From the human T2T-CHM13v2.0 reference genome, Homo sapiens: DNA of 64,000 nucleotides. Made by a program: the position numbers and the translations under genes. The stretch is taken from the NCBI RefSeq assembly GCF_009914755.1, contig NC_060939.1. One strand, 5' to 3'. Below are positions 15,601-30,900 of the stretch, one piece after another. Below the pieces are notes generated by a model. That model was not told the DNA's origin. It did no database searches and saw only the letters and a list, made by a program, of their open reading frames with translations. How positions within the stretch are numbered: the first letter of the stretch is position 1; each line of letters opens with the position of its first letter.

Positions 15601-16679
15601 GTTTCTGTTGCTAATGCTAATGCTAATAGCAGAGCAAGAGACTAACAAATTCCTAATTATTTTTTAAAATTTTCAGACAATGCTACCTTTGTAGAGGGAC
15701 AGGCATAAAACTAGGAAAAGCTCAAAATCAGGATAAGCAAAGTACTGCAAATACCAAAGTTTACCTAGCCTTTTGTGAGTTCTACTACCGATTACCTAAG
15801 TAATTTCGAGCTTCACTCAACTGTGAGATCGAGATAATCTTTGTTTCAACATCGTATCATTTCCATCTTCATTTCTCTCTCTCTTTCCTGTCCACTTCCA
15901 CCCACATCTTAGCCCTGATTACCACCCTGAATTACCCACATTTTAATTTCATTCTAATGACTAGTTCGGTTCTGTCACAACAAACTAACTCTCAGCTGTT
16001 ATTCTCAACTAAACCTTCTTTCAAGATTAAGAATCAAATATTCAAGAAGCAGTAATTTTACTCAATCCTCAACTTCTTAATGATATGAAAGAGTTTCAAA
16101 GACATACTGCATGGTGAAACTTTCCCTAATAAGGGAAATATTTTTGGTGAACTTATTGAGTTTCTGCCTCCCCTATCAGATTATAAACTCCCCAAGATGA
16201 AATCTTGTATCTAGAGCAAAAGCCCTGGCCCCACCTCCTCTTCTTTCTACCACTCTGTCAACGATCTTCTAAATCTGTTGAAGCTGACATGTAAAGCTAT
16301 ATATCATTTTAGCAGCTCTGAGGTAAGGCATTTGTTTAGTGTAGTGGGCAGAACACAAATTGGGCAGTTAAGTTCACCTCTCTGTACCTCAGTTTTTTTT
16401 GTAAGCTAAATGGGGATAATAAAATGTACCTGACAGAGCGGATATGCCAGGGAGGCAAATTAATATATGTAAAAGAAAATACAGAAGAGTGTTTGCAGCA
16501 TAGTAAGTGCTATTTCAGTTTGCCGTCATTATTATTCTCTCTCTAATGCCTGGCAGATCAGAGCCCAGTGGCCCCATTAGCTTGCTCTTGGCTCTGGGTA
16601 CGCTTCCCAGCCCCATGCCCTCTACTGTCTACATGCTCTATGCTTCTAAAGCAAAAATAGACATACCAAAATCCTTCTT

Positions 16680-17720
16680 AAATTCCTTTAGCTATGGCAC
16701 TTTCCAACCCTACCTCTTTTCCTTCGCAGCAGAACTTTTTTGAAAAAAGCACTTGACCCATGCTTTATTTTTGTCATTCATTCACTTTCACCCAATTACT
16801 GGCTTTCATCTCCCCCATCCTATTGAAACTCCATGATTTGACTGTTGCATTCAATCAGCACTTTTCAGTGATTTTGACCTCTCTGCCACATTTGTTAAGA
16901 GTTGACTGTTGCACAAGCATTGAAATTCTGCTTCCCTGAACTCGATTCCACCTCTCTCCTTTTGTTCTCCTCCTACTTCTTTGCTGTCCCTAGTCAATCT
17001 GTAGACTCATTCATCCTTAAGTGTGGTTCTCTTGGCATCTTCCTTGCCATTTTTTTCCTTATCACACTATACAATCTTTCTAGATGATCTCATATACTCA
17101 TATAAATGACACCAGGTGAGTACCTTCAAACTTGGTACCTTGAGATCATATTTCCAAGTATCCTCTGGATTAATCTACTTAAATATTTAACCAGCTGCCT
17201 CAGATCCAACAGGTTGGAAAGTGAACTCATTGTTGCCGAACCCCAATGTGTTCCTCCTCTGAAATTCCTCCTCACTATTAATGCCTCATCGCCTCCAGTC
17301 AGCACATCCAGAAACCTGATGTCATGCTGAATTTCTTGCTCTCTCTCATCCTCAACATGCTATTTGTCAAGTGTTATTGATTTCTCTTGTCACCCCCACC
17401 ACCTCAATCTTTCACTGGACAAAGGCAATGAGCATTTTCTTGACTCAAATTCAACCACTTTGGTTCCAAGAAGATTTTGAAAAAATAAATAAATAAATGC
17501 AGATCCCTAGTCCTTAAAATCTCTTCAATAATTAGCTTTACTTGCAGACTAACATGAACTTTTTAGCACACACACATCAACAGCTCTTCTGATCTGTTTT
17601 CTGACCAACTTCTCCACTATTGGCTTTTGTCCCTTCCCCAGATATGCCCTGGATTCCAGTTTCCTAAACAGGTCCATGCTCTTTCATGCATCTGGGTCTT
17701 TGCAAATACTGTCCTCTTCC
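16680..17720. mobile_element. L2 fragment(s)
   Basis: Pyrimidine-rich degenerate L2 motifs ('ttgacctctctgccacattt', 'ctagatgatctcat'). Confidence 0.5.
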
Positions 17721-18892
17721 AATACCCTTCCTCTGTTGCAAACACTCAAGGTAGGGGGCAGATTACCAGGCACAGACTCCATGAATGGGTTCCTCACATA
17801 CTGTATTCACTGATATGGAGAATGACCAAATAAGAAGGAAAACAATGAATTTCCATGTACCATACACCAATATGCTGCAATGATAGTAAGAAATCTTTCT
17901 GGATCACTAAAATTTAATTGCCTCTCTCTGCCCCTCACCCCCCCCAAAAAAACACTTGTCTTTGACCTTTCCTGTTTCATAATCTCTCTTGATCATTCCA
18001 ATTTTGTCTTGGTTGTGTTCATGACCTCAGTGTGGCAGAGCAACTCAAAGTGATTAAAGTAATAAGCACCTCATTCATTCTCTGTCTGTCCATATCATAC
18101 CAATTATTTCAAATTGTGTCTGACTCTATTACAAATGAAGCATCTCAAGTTCATGCATACCATGCATGGAAGTTTTGGGAAAGCTAATCTTTAAACACTA
18201 TTTTTAATTTTATTTCCTGTTAGTACCACTTCACTTTGTACCTGGATATTATGTGCTGTTCCCCCTCCTTTATCCAGATACACAGCTAGAAAGACTGGTA
18301 ATGATTTGGTGATTCTAATACAGAGTAGAACGTTCTGTTAGATAATCATGTACTCCCAATCTTTGCCCAGGATCCTGGGAATCTTCAGGAAGTGTCAAAA
18401 CCAGTCCCTTACAAAGGAAACTACAGATAATGCCAGGTCAAGGAAACAAAATGCCTTTATATCCTGTTAACTTTACTTATACATTGAACATGTGCTTGTA
18501 AGCAGTATCCAATTATAAACCCTCCATTTATTTTTAGACCAATGTTCTTTAGGACATATAAAGAAAGTCTCAAGATTTCCCCTCTCTCACTCTTCCTGCT
18601 AAAAATCTGCTGATTTGACCCCAATACATCATTTGAAAAGAGACAGGTGCTGAGGTTTGATATGTTTCCAGTCTTTAAGTTTTACCTACCTTCCTTTACT
18701 CTTAATTTGTTTGCTTCAATTGCTTTCATTTTTAATCACATCCTCTTCTCACCTGCAATAGTCTGTTATAATATATGTCCATCTCTTAATAAGAAAGATT
18801 CAAACTTACTAGCTTTGAGAGGACAATGCCAATTAAACCATCCTGTTTTGATTACCCCTTTTTTCCTAGTGGCACAATTTTTACCTTTCTAA

Positions 18893-19080
18893 TAAAGTGG
18901 TTCTCAAGCCCTGCTCCCATTAGAATCACCTGGAGAGTTTTGTGGATGACACTGGTGCTCAGGCCCATCCCCACAGACCCTCATTTAATCAATCTGAGAT
19001 GATGCCTTTGCACAGGTGTCTTTAAAGCACTGCAAGAGATTCCAATGGGAGCCAGAGGTGAAATCAACAACAACTGTTCT
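18893..19080. mobile_element. MER5-like hAT element
   Basis: 'agtggttctcaa...ttagaatcacctggagag...gcccatccccacagac'. Confidence 0.65.
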
Positions 19081-22000
19081 TAATCCGTATTCTGCTCTAA
19101 CACAGCTGAGATAGTAAAACAACACAATATCAATGAGTTCTTTTGGCAATGACTTTCACTTAAGGTCATTTCAGAATCTCCAAAGTAATGTGTTATTTGG
19201 TAAAGTCCCTTTCCTAATTGTGATTGCCCAATAAAGGGAATGTTCCTTCATTGTCTAGATTGAGAATAGTTATTCTACACAGCAGACAAGCCTAAATTCT
19301 TTCCATGATACTCATGGCTCTTCAAAACTTGGCCTCTGCCTACTTTCCCAGATATTTCCCTGCTCTTTTCCTATGCTATACCACTACAGATAACCAACAC
19401 TCATATCTTCACTCTTTCACACATGCTGTTTCATCTACTTAGAGAACCTTTTATCCATTTTCGCCTGGTGAAAGCCCTGAAAAAAATGAAATCAAGCTCA
19501 ACTGAATCTTCTGGCTTAAACTTTTCTTAATTCTGCTTGACAAAAGTATTCCTTTTTGTTTCCAAAGAACATTCTAGGTTCATGTTGCATTATACTCATT
19601 TCTGTTTATCTTCTTTGCAAATCTAAAAACTCCAGGCAGTTGGGGACCACAATTTAATCATATTTGAACCTCCAGAGCATCACACACTGCTTGCCTAGTT
19701 AGCCATCCACAAATGCTTATTGATTTCTTTAGTGTTAAATATTAAGACTTCTTCATGCCTCTGCATTACCCATCCATTTATAAGTGAAACTCCAAAAAAA
19801 TTTAAGGAGAGATAAAGATCCTTTTCTCTTTGCTATTCCCATACACAGCAAACTCTTAAGACCTGTTAGTTGTCAACTGTTAGACATTACTTACAGACTA
19901 ATACTGAAACTAGAGCAGACATACTAAACACTCTTCTGATCTCTTTTCTGTTACTTGCTCCGCTTTTGGACTAGAAAACTCATAAAACATCCAAATTTTT
20001 TTTTTAATGAAGGTATTTCTAAAAGTTGATGTTGATCATGTTAGTTTTAATAATTCAAAATACTTAACGTAGATAAGAATTCTCTTCACAGTCAGCTCAA
20101 AGGCTATTCCCATACATATCATAAACCACCCGGTAGAAATGAACCACATTTGTGATTCTAATCTGATTAGGAATTGGACTCTAGCAACTTCCCCAGGCCT
20201 CCTTTGGGGATGGTTCTCCCTTCCCCTACCAAATCCTCATTATTTTTTAATATCCTCCCCATTACCACTGCTCAGAGATATCATCGAAGGAACACACTGT
20301 ACTAAAACCCAAGCAACAGAGGAGACTTTTGCTTGTCTGGTCCCCACAAGCATGTCTGTCAAAAAGAAGGTGGAAAAGCGCCTACTGATGAAAGACATCG
20401 TGTTGGTGCCAAGCACTGTGGAAAAATCATCCGTTAGCATTTTGTTGTTAAAAACATTCTCTCTAGGTGGTGCTGCCAGGGCCAATAAAAAATCAGGTTA
20501 TCTGCTGTACAACTTAAGTCAGTCAGTCTTTTCCAGGGACTCTTCCAAATTCTACATCCCTAGGCTGGGGAAAGCTAGGCAGTTCCTGGGGGCTGCATGG
20601 AGGCTCAACAAAGCTTTGTCACCTCTGAAAAGTGCAGCGTGAGCAGAAGAAAGGAAAGGAAAGTGAGGCTTGTGAGCACAAAATGCCTCGAAGGAATGGG
20701 ATTCAGTTCTTACAGAATGCTTAGGTAAGGCAAGGAGATGGCGATTCTATGGCTTTGGACATGCATACGAGTTTCTTCTGTTTTCTTTTTGAAGGCTGTC
20801 CAGAGACTTCAATAATCCCTTAGTTAATTGGCTTATACTAGCCACTGTAAAAACAAAAGTTTCTATTAATGAAGAGAATGGCATTGGGTTTGATGAGAAC
20901 CCATAAATTAACAAAAGCTGGTTTTAATTAACTATTATAATTTTTTTGTCCTTATCAGAAATGTAAGCACATCAAGTTACAACCAAAAGGCCATGTCAAG
21001 GACACTTAGAAACATGAGGCACATTTGACACATTTCTGTAATTAGAACTTGCTGGGAGGGATAAAGAAATAGAGAAACAGGGCAGGAAAAGAAGGGGTAA
21101 AGAGTAATTGATATGAAGCTGACTCCGAGTAAAACCCAATGAATGCAATGCTGGAGAGTACACCTGTGTAAAAATGGTGCTGACCTCAAGTAATCACCTG
21201 CCATGCTGATGCTCGAGAAACACAAGAAGAGAATCCAAACCAACATGGCGTGAGTGTTCCAGGCACTATGCTAGCCTTCATCCTTGTGACTCTGCAAGGC
21301 AGACATTCTGGGGGACGTTAATCTGTATAAGATCCCACAGCTGAAAAATAGTAACAAGGGGATTTCAATCCTGGCTGATATAAAAATTTATGCTCTTTCT
21401 GCCTTAATATTTTGAATATCAGATGACTCCCTAAATTGATATCCAGTAATACTAACTCATAATAATTAATTAGTAAAACTGCATTCCACCTCTTACAATG
21501 CATTTGCATTACATCAATGCATATAATTATAACAACAATCTGTGAGAATACTGGTATTGTGGCTGTTTTCCAGATGAAGAAAGAGAAGCAATGAGGAATT
21601 AAGTAAATCGCCAATAAGAGATAGACTAAATCTACTATCCACCTTATCACTGATCCTCAATGATTAATAATCCTTCCCATGCAATATATTTTAGGAAGTC
21701 AGTATGCCAATACACAAAAAAAGATACTTTCTAGTCACAGATGCTTTCCTCAAAATATTTGCCCTCCATCCTCCTGAAAAAGATATGGAATGATTAAGTA
21801 AATAATTGATTTGAAGTTTCTTGGCTCTCAGGTGGAAAAAGCATTGGGTTCAAAGACTTGAGTTCTATTCCTGGTTATCTCAATCATTAGTTACTTGCTC
21901 TTAGCCAATTTTCAAATTTCCTCTAAGCCTCATTTTATATATGTCTGAAATGAGAGGTTTAAAATACTTAGTCATTAAGATTTCCTGTAGTTCTAAAACA

Positions 22001-22213
22001 TTAGTAATTTCCACACCCAAGACTCTCGTATCACTTTGTTTCAAAGCTTCTTTGAACACATCTCTATTCATAAAAGCTTCATAAGAGCTTAAAGCATGGT
22101 ATTATCTAAGCAATATAAACAGATAGTCCCAAGCCTCATTATGAATGCAAATGTTCACACAAAATCAGATTCAAGAAGGTACTCTGAAAACCAGTGATAA
22201 GTATGCAATTTAG

Positions 22214-22515
<302 letters not shown>

Positions 22516-23636
22516 TATTCATTAATTTTGGAAGGTGATAGTTAATTACAAGTTTTAAGGAATACACCTTTAAAATCAGCAAATATAACCATGGATAGTC
22601 ATCCAAGGAAGTAGCAGGAAAGTAAAACAGATGTTTGAAATCTGCACTGAGGTTTATACTTGAGACACAAAACAAAATTGTAGCCAGAGTGCATTTTATG
22701 AAATAAAAGGCATTATTACTCATCGGGGAACTTCAGTAATATTTTATTTCTAAATTATTAATATCCAAAATATAAGTCACAAAATGGATATATATCCATG
22801 GAAATGACTTTCAGACTCTATTTTTCCAAAAAGTAGTTCTAAACCCAATGAGCAAAACTAAGACTGCACATTTTAGGCAATGAGCCAACATACTAATTCC
22901 TTCTCTATTAAAAGAGAGAACTTGCAATTTTATGTTGTATTATTATTATCACTACTGAAGCTGCAGCCAGTCCAATGAGGCATTACACATTCTAGAGTAT
23001 ATGCAAGCTTAGAAGAAACAGATGATAAACCCAGGTCCTTAATACACTGTGACAAACTGGGGTTCTCCAATTAATTAATCATTTTAATATTTCCCTCTAG
23101 ATGCCTCACACACTTGTCTATAAACGGATACTATCCCATGGCCAATGTCCACCTGCACAACAGTATCATTTTGAAAACCATGATGCGGATTCCTCAGTCA
23201 GGTTTGCCTTACATACTCCCAACATTTAGTACATGTCTTAAATTGGAATTCGGTAGGAAATGAAAAAATGATATTAGGTCAATTATACAGAATTATCAAA
23301 TGGAGTCAGTTGATATAAAAAGGGGCCAGCTGTTGAGTTCTTTCTGGTGTAAAAGATGAAACTTATACATAAGACTCTAGGAGTACTGACTAGAAAAATA
23401 GTTCCCGCAACTTTACAAATGATACAGCTCTCTGGGAGCAAGAAGGGGCTCAGAGGAGTGGTTGGTGATACATCTTCTGCTATGAGCTTACTCTTCATAG
23501 TGGTGCTGTATAAACCTGGTAGAATGCAAACAGGTTTTCATCACAACAAAGATGGCCTCCCTACCAGCCAATACTCAAACAAGCTTTGATGAGCATCTGC
23601 AAAGTACCAGATCCTGTGGAAAATAAGAAACCATTC

Positions 23637-23949
<313 letters not shown>

Positions 23950-25130
23950 TCATACTTTCAGAAGCTCACATTCTAGGTAGAAACAGTAATATATTTGTAA
24001 GTTATGATGAATTTCCAGGACAACTGAGCTGGTGTGAGTTTTACAGTGCTATTATTTTTACTATTATTATTCAGACATAACTTTTTCCTTGACAACTGAA
24101 GAAAACCCAGGACCATACCATCAAATGCATTTGATTCATCCAGCAAAAGCATACCAAAGTCATTTGTGTTCACTGTATCCCATGAGCAGAATGCTACTCC
24201 AAGCCCAACCATGCATAAACCAACCTCCCTGAATTAATTTTTGCAAGTAAGCAAGGAGGTATTTGGCTTTCCACTTTCATTACTTAAACAAATGACCGAT
24301 GATGCATGCATGGATCACAATCACCTTCTCCTTGCCACTTTGAGTTTTACCAGGGATTAGTCACTTGAGAAATCTGCCATTGAATGGGTTTTACGTTATA
24401 GGCAAATCGACAGGGCAAACAAACAAAGAGGGTTTGCTTGTCTTTCTTTATGATTTGGGTTCTGGCTTAGGATGCCTCCTCTAAAAGAAGCTAGGAGGGG
24501 AAGTGTTTTAAATTTCCAAAAATTGCTCACCCTAGCCAAAAGGCACACTCATTATACAAGACATAAGATGCCAGAAAGGGATCACAAAATTGAATATAAT
24601 CTTAATTCCTTAAGAAATGGACCCAAAGAGAAATATTTTCTGCTAGAATTTGAGTGTCTAGGTCAGTTTGAAAAAAAAAAAAACAAAAACCTAAAATAGG
24701 GTCACAGCACTTGGCTTTAGCTCTGCATAAGGCTGCTATGTAACCTTAAACTTGCTTTATATATCTGGGTTTTATTTTCTTTACAAACCAGGTTTTCTAG
24801 GGATCCAAAGAGGTGCTTCAGTTCTGTAAACTCAGTTTTCACACTATTTTAAAAGAACATTTAATCTTAAATATTGTGATTTTTAAAACTGTACAGTATT
24901 ATGCCAAAAATTTTACACATTTATATACCATCAGCAGATCTACTACTGGGGTACTTGGTTAACCATTTTCTGTTTTGTTTTGTTTTATTTCAGTCTTTGG
25001 AATACCAAATTTTCTCTGATTTCCTGAATCTATGTCTCTAAAATGGTTTCATTGATTAGGGAAAATTATAACTGGTCTATTTTCCTTCCTTTTCTTTTTT
25101 CTTCTTTTAAAATTCAGACTCATGCATATA

Positions 25131-25382
25131 CACTTTGGGAGGCCAAGGAAGGCGGATCTGAGGTTAGGAGTTCAAGATCAGCCTGGCCAATGGCAAAACC
25201 CCATCTCTACTAGTAACACACAAAAAATTAGCCGGGCGTGGTGATGCGTGCTTGTAACCCCAGCTACCCAGGAGGCTGATGCATGGAAATTGCTTGAACC
25301 CGGGAAGCGGAGGTTGCAGTAAGCAGAGATCGTGCCACTGCACCCCAGCCTGGGCAGCAGAGTGAAACTGTGTCTCAAAAAA
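25131..25382 (+). mobile_element. 5'-truncated AluS
   Basis: Starts at 'cactttgggaggccaagg'; short A-tail. Confidence 0.9.
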
Positions 25383-25571
25383 GAATGAAATACATTTCTT
25401 ATAATTCATGTTTAATTTTAGAGCTCTTTTATTTTATTCAATTCTATTCAAACCCTGGGATTTTAAAAGGAAATTTTTTTTCAAAAAATGTTTCCATTTG
25501 TAACTATTTTGTAAAATGTGATTTTTAAGATTTTCTGTAACTAAAATATTACATTCAAATTAATTAAATTC

Positions 25572-25972
<401 letters not shown>

Positions 25973-26004
25973 TCAGTCAACTTTGTTGTCCTCAAAAAAG
26001 CATC

Positions 26005-27900
26005 TTAATGAAAACACAGAAGAATATACTTAGGACCTTGGATTAGGCAGAGTTCTTACATATGCCATCAAAAACATGATTCATTTAGCACAGGACAGCA
26101 AAAGCATGATTCATTTAGGATATGTTACTTAGCTTGATTTAGGCATTCCACAACGTATACACATATCAAAACACAATATTGCACACAATGAACATATACA
26201 ATTGTTGTCAACTAAAAAATTCATTTTTAAAACAGCATGATCCATTTAAAAACTGATCAATTAGACAGACCCTTTCACAATTAAAATTTTCTGTTTGTTG
26301 CAAGTCTCTAAGCCACACAGGGAAAAAATGTTGGAAAACAAATAACGGACACAGGACTTGTTTCCAGAGCATAGAGAGAATTCAGTTAAAACAAAAATAA
26401 GGAAAAAAAAATTCCCTCCACGCTCCAAAAATAGGTAAAAGATCTGAACAGATAATCTACCAAGAGAGATATACGAATAGCAAATAAGCACATAAAAAGA
26501 TGTTCAACATCACTAGTCATCTCAACAGGAAGACACAAATTAAAACCACATAAGATATCACTGCACGCCTATTAGGAGGAGGGAGGAGAGGGAGGAGTGA
26601 GAGAAGAAAACAGACCAACCTGACAATACCAAATGCTAGTGAGAATGTGGAACAACTAGAACTCTCAGATTGCTGATGGGAATGGACAGTGGTACAGTCA
26701 CTTTGGAAAGCAGTTTGGCCATTTCTTATAAAGTTAAACACACACTTTCCATATCAACTATCGATCCCACTCCTACACATTTGCCCAAGTGAAACAAAAA
26801 CATAGGTTAATATGAAAATCCATATACTAATGTTTTTGGTAGCTTTATCAATAATAGCCTGTGATGGTTAACTTTATGTATCAACTTGACTGACCCCCAG
26901 GGTGCCCAGTTATTTGGCCAAACATTATTCTGGATGTGTCTGTGAAGGTGTTTTGGATGAGATTAACATTTAAATCTGGAGGCTGGGTAAAGCAGATTGC
27001 CCTCCCTAATGTAGGTGGGCCTCATGCAATCTGTTACAGGCCTCAATAGAACGAAAAGACTGACTCTCCCACTACTAAGAAAAAATTCCTCCTGCCCAGT
27101 GGCCTTCGAACTGGGACATAAAGACTTTCCTGTCTTTACACCTGAACTCTTCTTGGGTCTTGAGTCTGCCAGGTTTTGCACAGGAACTACACCCCCAGCC
27201 CTCCTGAATCTCAGGCCTCTAGACACAGACCACAGCTATACTGTCGGCCCTCCTAGATCTCCAGTTTACCCTGCAGATTTTGGAACTTATCAGCGTCCAT
27301 CATCATGTAAGCCAATTCTTCATAATAAATCTCTTCATATACATTTTAAAATATTCACATTAATATATATCTATATATTTTACGTATACACGCACACATA
27401 GACGCACACATCCTATTACTTATGTTTCTCCGGAAAACCCTGATGAATACATTGCCCAAAATTAGAAGCCACCCAAACGTTCTTCAACTGGTGAAAAAAT
27501 AAAACTGCGGAAAGTGCACCAAGTAGAATCCTACTCAGAAGTAAAAAGAAATGGATTTCAGGTAGATGCCAACAATATGGATGAGTCTCAAATGCACTCT
27601 GTTAAGTGAAAGGAGCTGACTCAACAGACTATATATTGCATGGTTCTATGGATATGACGTTCTGGTAAAATCAAAACTGTACTGATAGAAAACATCAATG
27701 GATGCCAGGAGCCTGAGATCAGAAGAGGGGTTGTCTTCCAATGGACACAGGGAAATTGTTTACGGTAATGGAAATGTTCTACATCCTGATTGTAGTATGT
27801 TTACATGACTGCACATTTTTGGTGAAACCTCAGATGGTACACTTAGAACAGCAATTTTTTTATTACATGTAAAATTATATCTCATCGAAAAAACCTCTTA
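26005..27900 (+). mobile_element. Old L1M (L1MC-like) 3' region interrupted by MLT2
   Basis: Degenerate ORF2 end and 3'UTR motifs ('gatgttcaacatcactagtcat', 'ctttggaaagcagtttggc', 'ggaaatgttctacatc'). Confidence 0.75.
26860..27451 (+). mobile_element. MLT2 (ERVL) LTR nested in old L1
   Basis: 'tgtgatggttaactttatgtatcaacttgactg...aaccctgatgaataca'; TSD TAGCC/TTGCC. Confidence 0.85.
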
Positions 27901-30900
27901 AAGATTGATATTATAAGTGAAACATATATGTTAGATGAATTAAAAATTGTAAAATAAGTGAACACTAATATAATGTTACATAAAAGTTGGGCTTCCACAG
28001 CAAGATTCTGTCTGCAACAAAATCTCTCTCTGTTGAAAAAAGACATTATCACAGAAAGTAGAGTAAAATGAGTCCGAAAAGTATCTAAAGCATTACTCAC
28101 GTCTTAAAGAGACTCAAGTGTTCAAATTTCTTGAGGTAAAAGTTTAACCTCTTTCATCAACACTACAGCATTTTGCACTACTATGACCCATCTTTTAGAG
28201 GTTTCTCTGTCGAGGTGAATTCAGCGCTAAGACAGGATCAGTAGTAATCCTCTAAGATGGTACTGCCACATTCAGTATCATTCTTACATTGCAGCTACGT
28301 GGGAACATGGCCAGGCAAGGGGGTGAATGACATTTAAAAGCTCAAAGTGTTAGGCACAATGTTATGTTCCATTTAACACCGTGATGTCTCATTTCTTCCC
28401 CTGTCTCTACAGCCTGTTTTCTACCGCATTATACTTATGATGAGTGTGATTTTTTTCATATTTCATCCATAAATGCTTCCAAACAAAAAAAGTTTCTGCT
28501 TTTATAAGAAAAAAAGACCTACTACTATCTTCTATTCTCAAGCCAGCTTGAAGATTTTTTTTTAAGTTTTGTTTTTCTTAAGCCAGCCTCCAATGCAAGG
28601 ATTAGGTTTAGCTTAAAGGACTACTTTGGGTTTTTTATTTTCTTTTATGCAATAGATTAATATTTTTTCTTAGTTTTAAAGAACACCACCTATCAAACAG
28701 ATAGTCTGTCCCACAGTGCAATTAGCACAGTTTCCTCCTATACTTAAAAGGGTCTCCAAGACAGATAAGGGCTATTATTCCATCAATATAGTAAGCTGCA
28801 AATTCTCCCTCAGGTTCCTACTCTGTAAAATGAGGATGATAATACCCACCTTGCTTCTTGATATATTTTTCATGGGGAGAGAAAGAAACTCAGAAGAAAC
28901 TTCACAACAAATATAAAAACACTCTGAGTAACAATGAAGGATTAATATCATATTGGATACAACTAACAGCAACTATTTGGGATTATAGTACATTATCAAT
29001 CAGAAGCTATGAGCACAACCCTTACATCTACGTATGGTTTATATGTTTGTTTAGATGGTGGTGGCCTTAGAGAAAAGCGTGAACACATTGTGGCTAAGTG
29101 AAATTCAACATTTTTTTCTACACAAATTGCATTAAGCAGGATCCATATGTCATGAGAATGTAACCTTCATTGCATCATCCAATAAAAACTAGGAAATCAC
29201 TTGTGTACAAGACACACTGAAGTTTTGTTGACATTTTTTGCAAGCAATTTTTTAACATATTTATTGATACGTAGGTCTTCTTTCACCCCTACCTAAAAAA
29301 GTGCTTAAGGTCTCCTTTTCTCTGTTTGTTCATCCATCACCAAAAAAAAAAAAAAAAAAAAAGAAGGGCAAAACATTTGCCTTAACTCTATCCCTTCTTC
29401 AGAATAAAATCCCCCATTGTATTCATTAACAAATGTTGCGCGAAAGGATTAGCAGTTACTTATTATCTTTTTATCTTTACCATACGCTCTGTGTAATTTC
29501 TCCAAAGGCTGGTTTAGGTTGCCACCATTTGCTAAAAATGCTCACATAGATAACTAACAGCTTCCTAAACTACCCAATTTGGTGGATTTTTTCCTCATTC
29601 TCCTTTGGAACTCTGCACAGCTTATCTTGAGAACAGCCTCTTGGATTCTCTGATAGTACAAATTCCTGGTCCTCTTCCTCCCTTTGAGATTATCCTGCCT
29701 GCTGTGCTAACGTCTCTTCCTCCTTCCATCTTTTAAATATGTCAACTTTATGGGGACTCATGTTTTTATTTTTTGTTCACTGATGTATCACTGTAGCAGG
29801 GGTCACTGAATGAATGAATTCTTCCAATATCCTAGTTGACTGTTAGAAATCCTTAAAGCTATAGTGCCCATGACTACTGGGTTCTGTTAGCAAAAGAAAA
29901 CCAAGGAAGAAGGAACTGTAATATTAAGTAGTGCCCATGAACAGCCTGTTACATACATGATAAAAACTGGTTTGTATGATTACTGCAATTATTCCTCAGC
30001 CAGGTCACAGCTGCTAAGTGCATAGCTGACTGTGACTACATTCTTTTCAACAAATCTGGCACTCTTAAGTCCAAATTGACAGGTCTATCTCCACACAGAC
30101 ATGGTAAGTTTGTTTTGTTTAGTGCCCCTCCCAACTGACTTATCTTACAATATGGACAGGGCCCAGATGACAGTCGATCAATTGATCTCAAATGGGTCAA
30201 AATAAAGATATTAATATTGCCATAACTGTGAATGCACATCACATTTTAATTGGTAAGAATTTTTATAGTTCTAAATATATTCCCACTTCAATAACATTAA
30301 GGGGCCAATGCAGGTGTTTTCGTCCATGTGCATCCAAATGTTAGGAGTTATTTTTCACTGAGAGACAACAAGATGATGGGAAGAGGGGTCATGAAAATAC
30401 GCTGAGCAACAAAAAGAGCCTTGAAACAGCACCCACGATAATAGGGGTTATAGATTTATTCTTTGTGGTGGCAAGGCTCTTTTTGAGTTCCTGTATACAG
30501 GCAATTAAGCTTACCAAAAATATCCAGTTATGGATCTATCCAGGAAGAGGCAGAAGTTTCTGGAGCTGCACTTGTTTCATGTGGAATACTTGCAATTGAG
30601 GACATATAAGGGCTGACAGTGTACAAATGATAAAGTGTATCCGTTGAGGCTAAGCTTATATGCTTGAAAACAACAGTGAGAACCGGAATAAGGGTATTTT
30701 TGAGTAACAAGCAAATTCTAAAACCCCACAGAGAAGATTCCCTGACCACAGGGCATCAATACCCATCATTTTTACAAATAGTTTTGGCAAAGTGTCACAC
30801 TGATTTATTTGAATTCACAAAGATCTGATGTAATATTTAAAAACAGATCTCTTCTTTGTGTAAACATAGATTAAGAAAAATGTAAATCTCCCATCTAGGT

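Noticed and set aside
20139-20642. 167-aa plus-strand ORF with ATG
   Set aside because: No recognisable domain, splice context or promoter; length is compatible with chance.
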